From a virus: DNA of 64,000 nucleotides. The DNA lies in IMG/VR virus record IMGVR_UViG_3300032257_000479, positions 1 to 64,000 of that record. The stretch is one strand, 5' to 3'. Within the stretch, counting starts at the first letter, position 1. Every line of letters starts with the position of its first letter. Position numbers and translations under genes: made by a program. Of this stretch, positions 11,701-21,800 are shown piece by piece. The notes below the pieces were generated by a model, which worked only from the letters and a program-made list of their open reading frames with translations, did no database searches and was not told where the DNA came from.

Positions 11701-14700
11701 TTTTAAAGTTGGAAAAAGATGGTTCAAATTCTACTGAAGGGTCAGATAAATTATCATCGCAACCTGGATCAGAAGCTTGGTGGACTGCAATAAATGTTTT
11801 TCCGCCATCAATTATTGCTTCATCTCTATATGTAACTTTAACTCTTGCTGTAAATGGCTCTTGTCTTCTTATGTATGTTCCATCAAAAGACTTTGATTGA
11901 TCTGATTCCAATAATCCGCCAGTGCTTTGAGTGACAACACTGCTTAGATCTATTTCCGATTTACAAATATGATCTATTCTGTCATTCCCAAGATTTATTA
12001 ACTCCATTTTAAATGGGTTCTTTAAAGATATGGAAATAGGTTTTGAATTAAAAGCAAAAATGTCTTGGAGAGGATTATCTCTATCAGGTATTGTGAATGA
12101 AACAAAGACGCTCGCACTGATAGTATCCAGTGCAGACAATATATCAAAATCATCAGACATTCTCAATATGCCTCTAAGAACTCCATTTCCTTGAGGTGTT
12201 GTTGTCAATATTGTTGATTCATTAAAATCAGGAATGCTTGTGCTTCTATTTATCTCTTCTCCGAACACATCTTCGCTATTACCGGCTCCAGAAACACTTC
12301 CTGATGCTCTAAACTTAAGATTGGATTCATCTGCAATTGGTGAACCAAACTCATCTGTTATTTGAGCGAATAAAGCAACCCTTTGATCGAACCAGCCATC
12401 TATTGATCTTTGGAAAAGAACAGGCTGTTCCCATTGAATACTTATAGCATCATCTGTAACAAGCTCATATCTAAGTTTTCTTACTTCTAATAATGGTATG
12501 CCTGTTTCATCTGAATCTTCTCTTGGCGTTGATGTGGCGTATGTAACTGTGGATGCATAGCCATACTTGTCAACAGTGACAAACGCATAAAATGCTTGAA
12601 TGTTATTATCTATATTTCTGTGAACAAATTCTGTTTGATTAGGATTTCCTCTAAATACCATTTCCGAAGAAGAGGATGTTCCCTGATCATCTATTATTGG
12701 ATAATTGCCGGTTTCATAAAATACTTTTACTTCTTTTACGGAATCAGTTAATCCCGGTATTTGCCAATTAAAATATATTTTCCTGTTACCAGATTGTGCT
12801 ACAATGCTATCTACTGTCGGAAGAGCTGATGCGCCGCCCGTTACATCAAACCTTTGATTATTATCATCGAATCCGGGTATTAAGACAGAAAGAACAGGAG
12901 AATCGTTCCATATTGAATAATTTCCTATGGCGTTTTGTGAGAATATTTTATAGTGATATTCTCTTCCATGTATGTAGTCTTGGGATACTGTAAAAAAGAA
13001 TTCGCCAGAAGATGCTGACTCTTCATATATTACAACTCCATCATTTTCATGATAAGGAATGTCTCCAAAACCTATATCCTCAAAAGTAAACTCGCCAGTC
13101 TGCAAGTTATCAACTCTATCCTGAAGTCTCGGTCCCGCCTCCTCTTTTTCGATAACCCTAACCGAACCATTTACAAAGTCATAATCTGAAGGAACACTAT
13201 ATCTGAACGAAAGTATCCTGTCTCCATTGTCAAGCTGCTTTTGCTCATTCTCTCCAACTGTGGAAGAAGCGTTTTGTATGTAAGAAATATCTCTTACAGT
13301 GTTATGAATAGAGACTTCTGTTAGTTTTCCGAATGAAGCAAAATAATTCGGAGGAGAGATTCCTACTGCTCCTATTGAAAAATGACTTACATCCGCATTG
13401 CTTAATGGGGAAACAAATGATCCGCTCGATTCAAGCGATCCATTTACATATACTTTTATGTCGTTTAAATCAGCATCATATGTTACCGATATTTGATTCC
13501 ATTGATTCAAAACTAATGGATCAGTCGTCGTTGCTGTTCCAGAAGTGCTTCTATTTAAAACAAAAACGTTCTGTCCTTCTAAGAACACAAACAATCCAAC
13601 AGCAAACGAATCTGGATTATATTCGCTGTATATGTATTGTCTTGGGCCTCCTGATATTTCATAAGGGAATACCCATGACATGAAAGTAAATCCGCCAGAG
13701 TCTGGCAACAATGATCCCGATGAGCTTAATTCATGCTCCCAATAATGATCATTTCCGTTCAATCTAATTCCTGAACGACCTACTGGCACATCTTCTTCGT
13801 TTAACCATATTGGTTCTGCCTGGTTCTTCGCTGAAAGATGGTATTGATTTGAAGTAAAATCAAAAGCTTCTGTTCCAGACCCCTCATTGAAATGCCATGA
13901 AGCTAAAACGTTGTTGTCTAATTTTGTTCCTGATCCTCTTAATATAGTGCTTGTAAATGAACCTATGCCTCTTGGTATAACTCTGGTTCTTGGCGTGGCT
14001 TGTATGCTATTGCCATCGCTAAAGGTTCCATTTTGATCAAATGAGTATACTGTATAGAAGTAATCATCATTCTCTATTAGGTTGTCATCAAAAGACCTAT
14101 CAAGGAATCCCTCCGTAACGATATCTCCATCAATTGCGTTTGCTGAAAATGATGCATCTTTTCTTAATACTCTAACTCCAGCATACCCACTTTCTTGATC
14201 TGCGAAAAAAGCTCCCGCTATATCATTTCCATCAGATGTGTCTATTTCTTCATCTTCTAATACCGCGAAAAAGTTTACTCGAATAGGAGTTGATTCGAAC
14301 GAATACAGATTAAAGAAAACTTGTCCTGGATATGTTGAATCCAACCTATTGATTAATCTTCTTATTACTTCATGTCTTGTTTTTGGCTCATCGTTCCATG
14401 TCATAGACCCCGATTGGTCTATAAGTATTGAAACTATTCTATCAGGAAGCTGAAGTGAAACTTCGTTTGATGTTCCATCATCATTCTGAATTTGAGTGTT
14501 TGTGAATATTGGCTCACTTAATGGGTCATCAAACTTGTTTGTTGAATCAATAAATTCTTCTGCTGTGGGAGTCTGTATGACGCACCCTGACTCATCGAGA
14601 GAATCAACGAAGAACCACATGGTTAATGCGAATCGATCATCAGAAGCAATCCAGCCAGCGTCTGAATCATTGCTAAATGACTGTAGGGCAATATATGGGT

Positions 14701-15499
14701 CAATATCAGAGCTAGCTGAATCCCAAACTATGTAAGATGAATCAGAACTACCTACAGGATACAGCGAAAACGCATAACTTGAGTCGTAGTCTATTGAAGA
14801 CCCATCAAACTTTTGCATATCGAAATTATATGAATCATCAAGGCTTATTTCGCTAAAGGTTGATTTTGCGTCATAAAACGGCCCAAGAGAAGAGGGCTCA
14901 TTGGATACAAGTTCATGGACACCTGCATGAAGAGTAATATATGGGTATTGATCATATTCAACAGTTCCAGGGAGAGGGCCATCCGGAACAACACAGATAT
15001 AGTCTATATGAGTATCGCCAGTTAAAACGCTCAAACTCAAAGTTCTATCTGATTTATCTGGAATAACAATTGATGTAGTTAAAGTTGACCAAACATTTGA
15101 AGACACAACTGTTTCATCCAACTGTTGAACAAGGCTTCCGCTAACATATAGATTTGTTTTTAAATTGCTTGAAGATGTTTTGTATCTTATGTAAACATCA
15201 TATTTTCTCGCGGAATCTGATGATATTGGATAATGTAGTTTTGCTCCATCATCGCCTGACCCATATGACGTAAAGTACATTGAACCGAAACCTGTTGATC
15301 CATCCTCGAATGGTTCATGGCGAACGCTTGGATTGCCTCTTTCCCAATCTGAAAAATTTGAAGCATCAAGAAATACAGCATCATCATCGTTAAATATGAA
15401 TCTATTCCCGGCAGTTACATTTGTAGGCCACAAATAAGTGGTAGCCTTTCTGAATGGCATATCACTGGTTGAAATGAATCCTTGAGCGGTAATTTTCAT
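5795..15499 (-). CDS. Giant multidomain virion/tail-associated protein, 3234 aa: CBM-like N-terminus, split VWA, FN3-like, LamG, Ig-like, Kelch propeller, three C-terminal AIR9/Ig-like repeats
   Basis: DQSGSM MIDAS; WHFNEGSG...FTFMSWV...WNQISVTYD (LamG); repeated LYAIGG/VYVFGG/IYIVGG...YD...W (Kelch); PP..(I)RWF.NG...V.P.DG repeats; lies in the tail module. Confidence 0.85.
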   Translation of the reverse strand: MKITAQGFISTSDMPFRKATTYLWPTNVTAGNRFIFNDDDAVFLDASNFSDWERGNPSVRHEPFEDGSTGFGSMYFTSYGSGDDGAKLHYPISSDSARKYDVYIRYKTSSSNLKTNLYVSGSLVQQLDETVVSSNVWSTLTTSIVIPDKSDRTLSLSVLTGDTHIDYICVVPDGPLPGTVEYDQYPYITLHAGVHELVSNEPSSLGPFYDAKSTFSEISLDDSYNFDMQKFDGSSIDYDSSYAFSLYPVGSSDSSYIVWDSASSDIDPYIALQSFSNDSDAGWIASDDRFALTMWFFVDSLDESGCVIQTPTAEEFIDSTNKFDDPLSEPIFTNTQIQNDDGTSNEVSLQLPDRIVSILIDQSGSMTWNDEPKTRHEVIRRLINRLDSTYPGQVFFNLYSFESTPIRVNFFAVLEDEEIDTSDGNDIAGAFFADQESGYAGVRVLRKDASFSANAIDGDIVTEGFLDRSFDDNLIENDDYFYTVYSFDQNGTFSDGNSIQATPRTRVIPRGIGSFTSTILRGSGTKLDNNVLASWHFNEGSGTEAFDFTSNQYHLSAKNQAEPIWLNEEDVPVGRSGIRLNGNDHYWEHELSSSGSLLPDSGGFTFMSWVFPYEISGGPRQYIYSEYNPDSFAVGLFVFLEGQNVFVLNRSTSGTATTTDPLVLNQWNQISVTYDADLNDIKVYVNGSLESSGSFVSPLSNADVSHFSIGAVGISPPNYFASFGKLTEVSIHNTVRDISYIQNASSTVGENEQKQLDNGDRILSFRYSVPSDYDFVNGSVRVIEKEEAGPRLQDRVDNLQTGEFTFEDIGFGDIPYHENDGVVIYEESASSGEFFFTVSQDYIHGREYHYKIFSQNAIGNYSIWNDSPVLSVLIPGFDDNNQRFDVTGGASALPTVDSIVAQSGNRKIYFNWQIPGLTDSVKEVKVFYETGNYPIIDDQGTSSSSEMVFRGNPNQTEFVHRNIDNNIQAFYAFVTVDKYGYASTVTYATSTPREDSDETGIPLLEVRKLRYELVTDDAISIQWEQPVLFQRSIDGWFDQRVALFAQITDEFGSPIADESNLKFRASGSVSGAGNSEDVFGEEINRSTSIPDFNESTILTTTPQGNGVLRGILRMSDDFDILSALDTISASVFVSFTIPDRDNPLQDIFAFNSKPISISLKNPFKMELINLGNDRIDHICKSEIDLSSVVTQSTGGLLESDQSKSFDGTYIRRQEPFTARVKVTYRDEAIIDGGKTFIAVHQASDPGCDDNLSDPSVEFEPSFSNFKSKTVLPQSTTFDLLLGTEDEDVDDDSDVRSNQFSFADIDLQAPFLPEGVMLFAKASYNGFFGRRKMYIAFENILQIELTESIPSPDCVDVAEQFASAYLINPDDPDRRTPIPDNEIVKWNLKKGVSGKDRPFYSTDNVVNNGPGVFSRTSSGTARRVFFGPACGVTWYIFNGDFGPQLLPELYAIRVDVVYSGLSAFAEKPAFIYPPATNSGFGSRFLMHLRDYQVNMWADGFDYERLTIWKDPNQASGLMGNVFRECSDDFGGTLFVLNAGQLVEIETGNAFEVLHGPNLEIGFDPYIDEPVFSNHEEEIGYATIVLDDENKTDAFLRINQFIGPSDPDTGGNVDPIENTCGAIDFTYRREDNDNVVSGRAETELDGEIQYLSGGGGAENGIPPCIVRLKEPLQINVIQVRRENEVVQDLLIDGQSSHTFVVRASFAGNNVPTGTPITLTVGGKNPSKIQVPEQVIFTENIVDPLVNASEEESLAYFTLLPMSPIQEFEAQVQASISYDKRGDTERLMTSCVTINYSIDAEDDSEPDDDVTQVAVVDNVYNGSIDIYDTVTDEWSTVPNDLNHPRGALTLTWSFDPYGEILYAIGGIDGNKVSSYNEQYRIDSQTWTDMAEMTTPRFYHNAEQDSGDVYVFGGFSIEDNDLVVTKTAERYDSSSDSWFNLSNMPTLNDNEFESYGISMGASVKVGSKIYIVGGIRIVGSQGSVQEMNDRIVIYNIDSDEWEVSDAFTGSDLVLYQRISPFMFHSDSDNTLRVSGGAVPVGEGQNQEIILLTDTYSIDLNTLSIQNDESSYFSIPNPRYKGSSVTVQDISYFLGGESRKSKVSRTFESIDASDTIAPFNFNELTGVDVPRQAFGMASDDFRYIYVAGGITSGRPPGFLQINSTVNPVELLLDGKQSAGISIELLDDVGEPPTTDVRILLRGYVVLPDSANSDDADDLQGGGGGSDDNQQSSSDNVDRASLVYPVIFSSNDIIAVNGIASSTLLPRSEDILDKVNEIEKKLELARRGEDTDSENIVEPFVIGEGDVRNPYFIRLQLTVVDDFYYGQTIVDFNDNEDPDEFIETQDPDDDTNDDDLDDDGNPDVLPGAETDPYSPLFEGCRSFSVTREVPSNDNTGDTNTDTDTDDTNTGGVVIGDDLLDGNNPVFDINPPQSAQLESPSVSYYSDIEWVPQVIPYIDNNIGTAEEALGFLDRIRNNVPFGASPFYDGIGAVAESMLDESLDSFSKIIYAQTDNEESLSFIGLDTALENVQAIDGFAEVPVLVNNFSVVFPVTLSALLARTDTDDLEQIANETGGQSQTVLDALFLNEVLNNMIGRAAGSVGWGTYDAIIDLGQISVVNSIVLDYSLFENTDGNWTVQSSDDGFNFSDLSDQFDPNSDVEFFKLTGRYFKFKVSLLSGLSASVLEEYEDIATPGVPSLTGINIRYSLPKISFLYLNVDSSLFGAQQIAVTVDANRPTESEIQVGVANSQSSSWDDFHTGARPSVDQYGKLFIPIRTQQDNTDLEEQLESIDGFVWKTKYGPWDINSLVTIRDSLSAAIDDEDYRAYPRQGLIVFKDKREGPFFLDIENSNEFRIGIQVINRFASEDINIKGVGYMWNTNVFLPPPLSARPPEAQSLLVVPNSPSIYSKINATYRYFDINGDDEDLDQTEIRWFINGVEAEYLRDLRSWNDINDILDPVYGFGFSFDLDDVPDGTSVEEFARERGESLINVGDIIYFSVRPSDGTNFGETFRSPSVEVAAAPPFITTLSIMGRTSTGTLQESITTATPAIASFNFFDDGGENESTIIWYVNGIEFKRGILNESTNGLSNNEIIPGEIQGNVVAMIIGNTLQVEVRPISGNLISDPVSSSIITVENAPPIVSSVIIIPTSPALDSALDLSYTFFDTDINQGSQSQQDESSIRWFRKRLGEEVFTEMTLLAGQNLVVSSNTSAGDEWYAEVVPFDGISVGSVSTSNIVTILDS

Positions 15500-15505
15500 A
15501 ATATT

Positions 15506-15513
15506 TTATCGAC
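15506..15513 (-). promoter_or_regulatory. Putative late promoter -10 element GTCGATAA (leaderless start)
   Basis: CGATA + 7 nt + ATG at 15499; no SD. Confidence 0.62.
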
Positions 15514-15521
15514 TAATAATT

Positions 15522-18500
15522 CTATAGTCTTTGTCCTGATGCAAGCCTTCTAATCTGAGACTCTGATTTTATTTTAAATGTGTTATAAGAGAACATCCAT
15601 ACCTCTTCGTTAACTATCAAAACCTTGTGTATAGTGTCAAATCCTGAATCTGAAATCGATATACCAAAATCGTTTATGGTAACCAGTCTTCCGTCGCTTA
15701 AACCGCTTACTACTTGAAGAACGCTCGAATCTATATCATTAGCAACAATATCTGCTGAAAGGCTAGCGTCATTAAATACATCAACAAGCCTTAAATTAAC
15801 TCTTTCTGCATAAAAGAATCCGCCGTCTTCTCTTATTCCATTATCTGTTGCGAGATAAATCTTGTTCCTATATTTAACAAGAGAATTAATATTTTGGTTT
15901 GTTGTTCCTATTAGCGTCCAAGAAAAACCATCTGTCGAATAAAATACTTCATTCTTAGCTATTGCAAATGTCGCATCTGGAGATATTATAGAGCCAACTC
16001 CAACTTCAGACTCTTGAACAAAAGTCCAACTATCCTGAAGCTCTTTTCTTGCATAAATGCCATCTTCAGCTCCTATTACAAGATTTGTATTAAACAGTCC
16101 AACTATCTCAAAAATATTGGAAGGAAGACCCAGTCCAGGATCCCTTGTTGACGTTTTTTCTATCGTATCATATGTATACAGTGCCGTTTGATCTAGAATA
16201 AATACTTGATCGTTGCTTACATGCATGTCTTTTATTTGCAAATCTCTTCTTGAGTCTATTACTACTTCATCTATCTTATATGTTTCAACATCAATAGATA
16301 AAACTCCTCCTGCCCCTCCGACCCAAACTTGCCCCAGAGATTCAATATATATAATTGATGTTGGATAAGGGATGCTAAAATTTCTTTTCCCAAAATTAAC
16401 AAGTTCCTCGAAATCAACTGTTGAATTAAATACATCATATACATCCGTACTACATGGAAGTATGTATTTAGCTTGATATGGTGGAACCATCTGCATTGCT
16501 GATGAGTTTGTTTTTGATAAATTTAATCCCATTTGAAGAAGATTGGAATCTCTTGTTTGAGATAAATGAGATGGAAGGCCTGAGTTTACCCACTCAAACG
16601 TATCCTCTATTGTTGCATGAGGAAGACTTGTATTGTCAAAAATTGGATTCGTTATACTTATTGTTAATATGTCTTTTTTTGTCATTTCTTTATTTAAGAC
16701 AACAACGCCATTGATTGAATTCGCAATGGATACAAGGTTATAATTCAAGTAATCAGGTTCTGAATTATTATCAATAGAAGTGTTTACGGAGTTGTATCTA
16801 CTAACCCCAAAGCCTTCAATCGTATCAGAGTTTGAACTCGGAACTTCAACGAATGAAACCGCAGAACCTGTTGAACTGCTTGATGAGCTTTCTCCAAACA
16901 GAAAATTATCTGCAATAGTTCCTTCTGCGGCAAAAATAACTAAACCGGAATCAACTGCCGACTGCAAATCTGTTGAGCTAAATGCCATTTGAGGAGTCAA
17001 TAGGACTCCAACTTCAGTTGTATCTTTATCAAAAACAAATGATTCAGTACCTTGAAGTTCTAAAAAGTCATCATATTTAACAAACCATGAAGTCAATCCA
17101 ACTCTATCAGTATCTATTTCTTGAGGAGATGATATCGGTAAACATGATCCGTAAACCTTTGTTCCCAATAAAGATTGACTTATAACAACATCAAAGAACA
17201 ACCTCTCGGAACCGATGTCGCATGTGTCGTGAAAAGACAATGAAGACAATCCTATATCTAGCCATGGATTCCAGTTCTGCTCAAAATACTGCAAATGCAA
17301 AGAATTATTAACTACATCATATGTCTCAGCATTATCATAATCTATTTCATGAGTATCAAGTTTGCTTAAATTGGGTTCAATCTTTATTCCGCCATGAACT
17401 ATTATCTCTATTTCTTCATTATTGTTAGATATCCAGTCAGATAATTGAGACTGAATAGCAGCCTTTCTTGATGAGATCATCGGCCCCCACTGATTAGGGC
17501 TATACTTCTCTTCATTATTTATCTGATTGCCAGCAGGCATATAAAACAAAAATCTTCTAAACCCAAGACTGTAATCATCTGTTAGTTTGTTTATCAAATT
17601 AGAAACGCCATCTGCAGCTTGCCACCATGAGGCAAAAGCATTAGAAGCTCCTGTTGAAGAAAGAAAAGAGTCTTCCCACATAATATATACTCTTACTGGT
17701 CTATGATCTGTTTCGCTTAATGTTCCTGCGGTTGAAGATATGACCTCAATAGGCAAAAACTCTTCGATATCTATTTCACTTAATGTTGAAATCGACTTGC
17801 TCGATGATATTGTGTCACTTCCTGAATTGCTCAACCCTCCAACCGGCCTATTTCTAGATCCTCCTGAATTTTCTTGCTGCGGAACAGAAGGTAGAAGCCT
17901 TTCTATCTCATCCAAATAATCAGATTGTATATTCCCATCAGGGTCAGATTCGTATTCATATAGAGCACCAATAGCGTGAGCGCCGGATATAAATGGAACA
18001 GTAAGTTGTTGTTCCCAATTTATTTCATTTAACGGTTTTCTGGAATATGGTGGAAGAGATGAGTATACATGTTCAAAAACAGGAAGGACATAAAGTGATT
18101 TATAAAGAGAATGCAGTCTATACGCCTCAAGAGTATTGCTTGATATGTATGAGCTATTTGTAGACCTTATGTTCTCTATTCCTGTTTGAGGAGTTTTTTT
18201 GTCCTCTATCGTATACCTTATGGCTCTCACCAATGGAGCCAAAACATCAACCTTTTCCCATAACCAACTTAAATCATTGTTCAATTTTTGTGCATTATTA
18301 TATGAATCACCTTTAACTGCATCGAATCTTGTTCCATAGCCAACAATTCCAGGTCCAACAGAAACAAGGGAATCATTTTTGTATACGGCACCTGGCAAAT
18401 CAACAAATCCAACTTTTGCTTTTGGTATGATATCTTTTATCGCGCTAATTGTTTTTAAATAAAATTCTTGAACAACCGAATTCCATTGAGACTTCGATAA

Positions 18501-18812
18501 CCCATTATGAAAAGAGGAATTTTCCGGATAATCAAAATGAGGGTGCCATTTTTTTCTATAATCTATTAAGATAATCCCATCGAATGATTTGTCTCTAACT
18601 TTTTTAATGACATCTTGTTTTACTTTTTCTTCATGACGAGATATCCATTCTGAATCATTGAATATTTGATAAGGTCCGCTTAATGGAAATTCTCCAATCT
18701 CAGATATTTCAAAACGAAATGAATTCAAAGACGCATTCTGTAAATCTACGCGCAATGAATCCGATATTTCTTTTGAGTAAAATCCAAATAAATTATAACC
18801 ATTAATGCTCAA
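15522..18812 (-). CDS. Virion-type protein, 1096 aa: GH56 hyaluronidase-like domain (degenerate), second putative TIM-barrel-like domain, C-terminal beta-propeller, Ser-rich linkers
   Basis: TTG start with GGAGG SD; GH56-like motifs in order (IILIDYRKKW, NNDLSWLWEKVDVLAP, LEAYRL, LPVF); propeller-like VWVGGAGG, LVIGAEDG, YSTDGFSW, YLATDNG. Confidence 0.75.
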   Translation of the reverse strand: MSINGYNLFGFYSKEISDSLRVDLQNASLNSFRFEISEIGEFPLSGPYQIFNDSEWISRHEEKVKQDVIKKVRDKSFDGIILIDYRKKWHPHFDYPENSSFHNGLSKSQWNSVVQEFYLKTISAIKDIIPKAKVGFVDLPGAVYKNDSLVSVGPGIVGYGTRFDAVKGDSYNNAQKLNNDLSWLWEKVDVLAPLVRAIRYTIEDKKTPQTGIENIRSTNSSYISSNTLEAYRLHSLYKSLYVLPVFEHVYSSLPPYSRKPLNEINWEQQLTVPFISGAHAIGALYEYESDPDGNIQSDYLDEIERLLPSVPQQENSGGSRNRPVGGLSNSGSDTISSSKSISTLSEIDIEEFLPIEVISSTAGTLSETDHRPVRVYIMWEDSFLSSTGASNAFASWWQAADGVSNLINKLTDDYSLGFRRFLFYMPAGNQINNEEKYSPNQWGPMISSRKAAIQSQLSDWISNNNEEIEIIVHGGIKIEPNLSKLDTHEIDYDNAETYDVVNNSLHLQYFEQNWNPWLDIGLSSLSFHDTCDIGSERLFFDVVISQSLLGTKVYGSCLPISSPQEIDTDRVGLTSWFVKYDDFLELQGTESFVFDKDTTEVGVLLTPQMAFSSTDLQSAVDSGLVIFAAEGTIADNFLFGESSSSSSTGSAVSFVEVPSSNSDTIEGFGVSRYNSVNTSIDNNSEPDYLNYNLVSIANSINGVVVLNKEMTKKDILTISITNPIFDNTSLPHATIEDTFEWVNSGLPSHLSQTRDSNLLQMGLNLSKTNSSAMQMVPPYQAKYILPCSTDVYDVFNSTVDFEELVNFGKRNFSIPYPTSIIYIESLGQVWVGGAGGVLSIDVETYKIDEVVIDSRRDLQIKDMHVSNDQVFILDQTALYTYDTIEKTSTRDPGLGLPSNIFEIVGLFNTNLVIGAEDGIYARKELQDSWTFVQESEVGVGSIISPDATFAIAKNEVFYSTDGFSWTLIGTTNQNINSLVKYRNKIYLATDNGIREDGGFFYAERVNLRLVDVFNDASLSADIVANDIDSSVLQVVSGLSDGRLVTINDFGISISDSGFDTIHKVLIVNEEVWMFSYNTFKIKSESQIRRLASGQRL

Positions 18813-18816
18813 TTAC

Positions 18817-21800
18817 TTATCCTCCAATTCCGCCGCCGATATCTTCTTCAGATACTGGTCCATCAAGGTCTTCCTCTATAGAAGTATTATCGCCATAAGT
18901 TCCGAATTCCTCAACTCCATAACTCTTGAAATCCTCGTTAGAAGAAAGAAGCAAGACCCTAAAAGCTGGGACTTCAAATGGCGAAACTGTGTTATCTTCG
19001 TTTGTTATTGTTCTTGCTTCTGGATATACTTGAGATAAGAACCTATCAAGTGAATTCAAGAAAATAACTACATTAGCCTTGTTGAAGTTTAAAAGAATAG
19101 GATTATCTGCATCATCGCCTAGGTCTAAAAGCGTTGAAGCTATTGATTGTAACCCAGTGAGAGCTGTATCAGCTCCGGCTTTGTGAGCATTTCTATCGTT
19201 GTATTCTGGCAATATGAGATTGCCAATTGCTGTTGCAGGTCTTTCTGTTACGCTCCAGTCATTAACAAAAAATCCATTAACGAACAGTTGAACGCCTGAT
19301 TCATAATTGGAATCAGCCCAACCTCCATTTTCGGCCTTGTATCTCTTATATTGATTAGCTATTGTTACTACAGACCCAATTTTTTGCTTTTCATCAAAAC
19401 ATACAAATTTTCTTAAATCCTGAGTTGCCGTGTTGTATCTTACCCCGATTTTTTGTTCAACGCCATCAATATAAACAGTTGGAACCGTATTCCCTGTATC
19501 TTCCCATTGCAAGCTCATAGACCCTGGATTTACGGACAAAAATAGCTGTTCCTCTGTTCCTATGAACATCTTGTCATCTATTATATTCATTGATGATGCA
19601 GGCGGAATAAAGCTTCCGCTATTCATTTGAGGAAAAGCTAGCTCAAAATCGATTTCGGAGTCATTGTCTATATCGCTATTTGGCAAACTAACAAGAAGTC
19701 CCTTGTCTGTCGTTATGAATACTCTGTCTCTCCATATTTCAATTTTCCTTGTTATATCAACATCTCTGAGTATGGATACTCTTTGGAATTCCGTTTCTCC
19801 TGGCTTCCTTCTCCATAAAATAAATTGAGTAATAGCAAAAATCGTGTCGCCATACATCTTAAACTGAAATATGGGTCTTTGATCTGGCATCTCATCGCTA
19901 AAGCTCCAAAGGACTCCACCATTATCAGATTCGAAAATGCCAAGTTCATTACTTACCAAAACTCTATCTCTAACATGATCGTAAATAGTGTCATATGATT
20001 CTGTTGATCTTGGCCCAAAAATTGGAGTTTGTTCCCAAAAGTAAAAATCTCTTCCGATATCTTGTATTAGTTTAAATACTCCAATATCAGATGTGCAAAA
20101 AATATCCCCATCCGGAGTTTCTGAAATACCTCTTGTTATTTTAGCATTTTCCATCCCCTGTATTTCTCTCCATGTGCCAAAACTTCCAGCATTTTCTTTT
20201 CCTCTTTTCCCAAAAACTCCCCTATTAGTTAATGCAAAAAACATATCTATGCTACTTGAGTAATAAAATTCTATAACAGGGGTTGAAAAAGATCTTCTTC
20301 TAATCCATGTTGCACCAAAGTCCTGGCTTGTATATATCCCGTTACTACTACTTCCAACGAGAACATCGCCATCTTCTGTGGTATTTGCCAAAATAATATC
20401 ATACCAAGTTATCGCATCGCCAATTATTTGTCCTTCATTAACAGGAGTAAATCTGTAACCATCATCTACTGCTAGCATTGGCTCTTGAATCGGTATCAGC
20501 AATTCTTTTATTCTACCCTCATGCCCAATATCCGGCAATTGTCTTTTTTCAACAAGGCCTATTGTTACCTGATTAGCAGAAGCGCTCTCCAGTCTTTCTT
20601 GCGGTAAAATCCCCTGAGTCTCAGTTAAACCCTCGAATACAACAACAAGCTCAGGCGGGCTATCAAAAGGAAAATCATTATTATCATTTGTAGAAAAATC
20701 TGTTGGAGCGAGCTTCTTTTCAAAAGTTATTCTTCCCAATTCTCTATCTATATTAAATAGCAAATCAAAATCTGATGCTAACTGATCATTTAAAAATACC
20801 TCAAAAGAAAAAGTGTTCTCTAGATCAGCAGTTGTTGTATAGTTTTGGAAATTTTGAGTAACCCAATCGTCAACCCTTATTACATCCCCAAGATTAATTC
20901 GCCTATCATCTATTCTTGTAAAAAACTCATGCTTATGAGCGGATATGAGTTCTTGAGCTTTTTCTTTTATCGGGTCCTCAAGATCTTTTATCTCTCTTAC
21001 GCCAGACTGATCAATTTCTATTACGCCATTTGTCGTTTCGACTGTTCCTAAAAATTGAGCATTATTTACAACAATATCTGATTCTGTTACAAATAAATCT
21101 GCTTCATTTTTAAATTTTCGAACTATGTAATAATATGTGTCAGATTCCAATAAAGATTCTGGATCATTATAGGAAGTTTGCGATGGAGGAGTTGTGTCAA
21201 CTAGCTCAAACTCGTAAGTGTTTCCTATTGATTTAAATATTTCATATCCATCAAATTGCCCTGCTGTAGGATCCCATAACAAATCAATTCCAGTTGTTGC
21301 TCCATCTATCTGAATAGATAAGTTTGCAGGAGTTCCAAGCTCTCCTGAAGTAGTTGGAGTCAACAATATTAAATTATAATCAAAGAAATCATCATCAACA
21401 GGATTCAATGATTCTATTCCATACAAGTCTATTGTGGTAACAAAATATGCATATGTCGTAAGATTGTTAACATCATAATCTGTGTAATTAAAAGTAAGGC
21501 TATCAACAGTTTCTATCCTGGCAAAATCTGAGGATATATATGATATCTGTTGGTCTGCTCTGTATATTCTATAGCTAACAGCTATTTCTGAGTCTGGTTG
21601 ATTCCATGATATTGTATTTTCTGAATCATTTGATACGCCGAGTATTTGATTCGGAGCAGAAGGTCTAGTAAGATCAGATATGTTAGGGATGTCAAATACA
21701 ACATCTCTCTCGCTGCTCTCGTTGCCAAACTCATCTCTTGCTTTTATTGAAAAAACGTAAGACGAGTCCGATACTATGTCTTCTTGATTAATTATGTAGC

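Noticed and set aside
160-15499. K/R-x-A(Q) motifs (LKIAG, NRIAQ, KITAQ) as a possible head-protease cleavage signal
   Set aside because: Only three loose instances; cannot be distinguished from chance in this window
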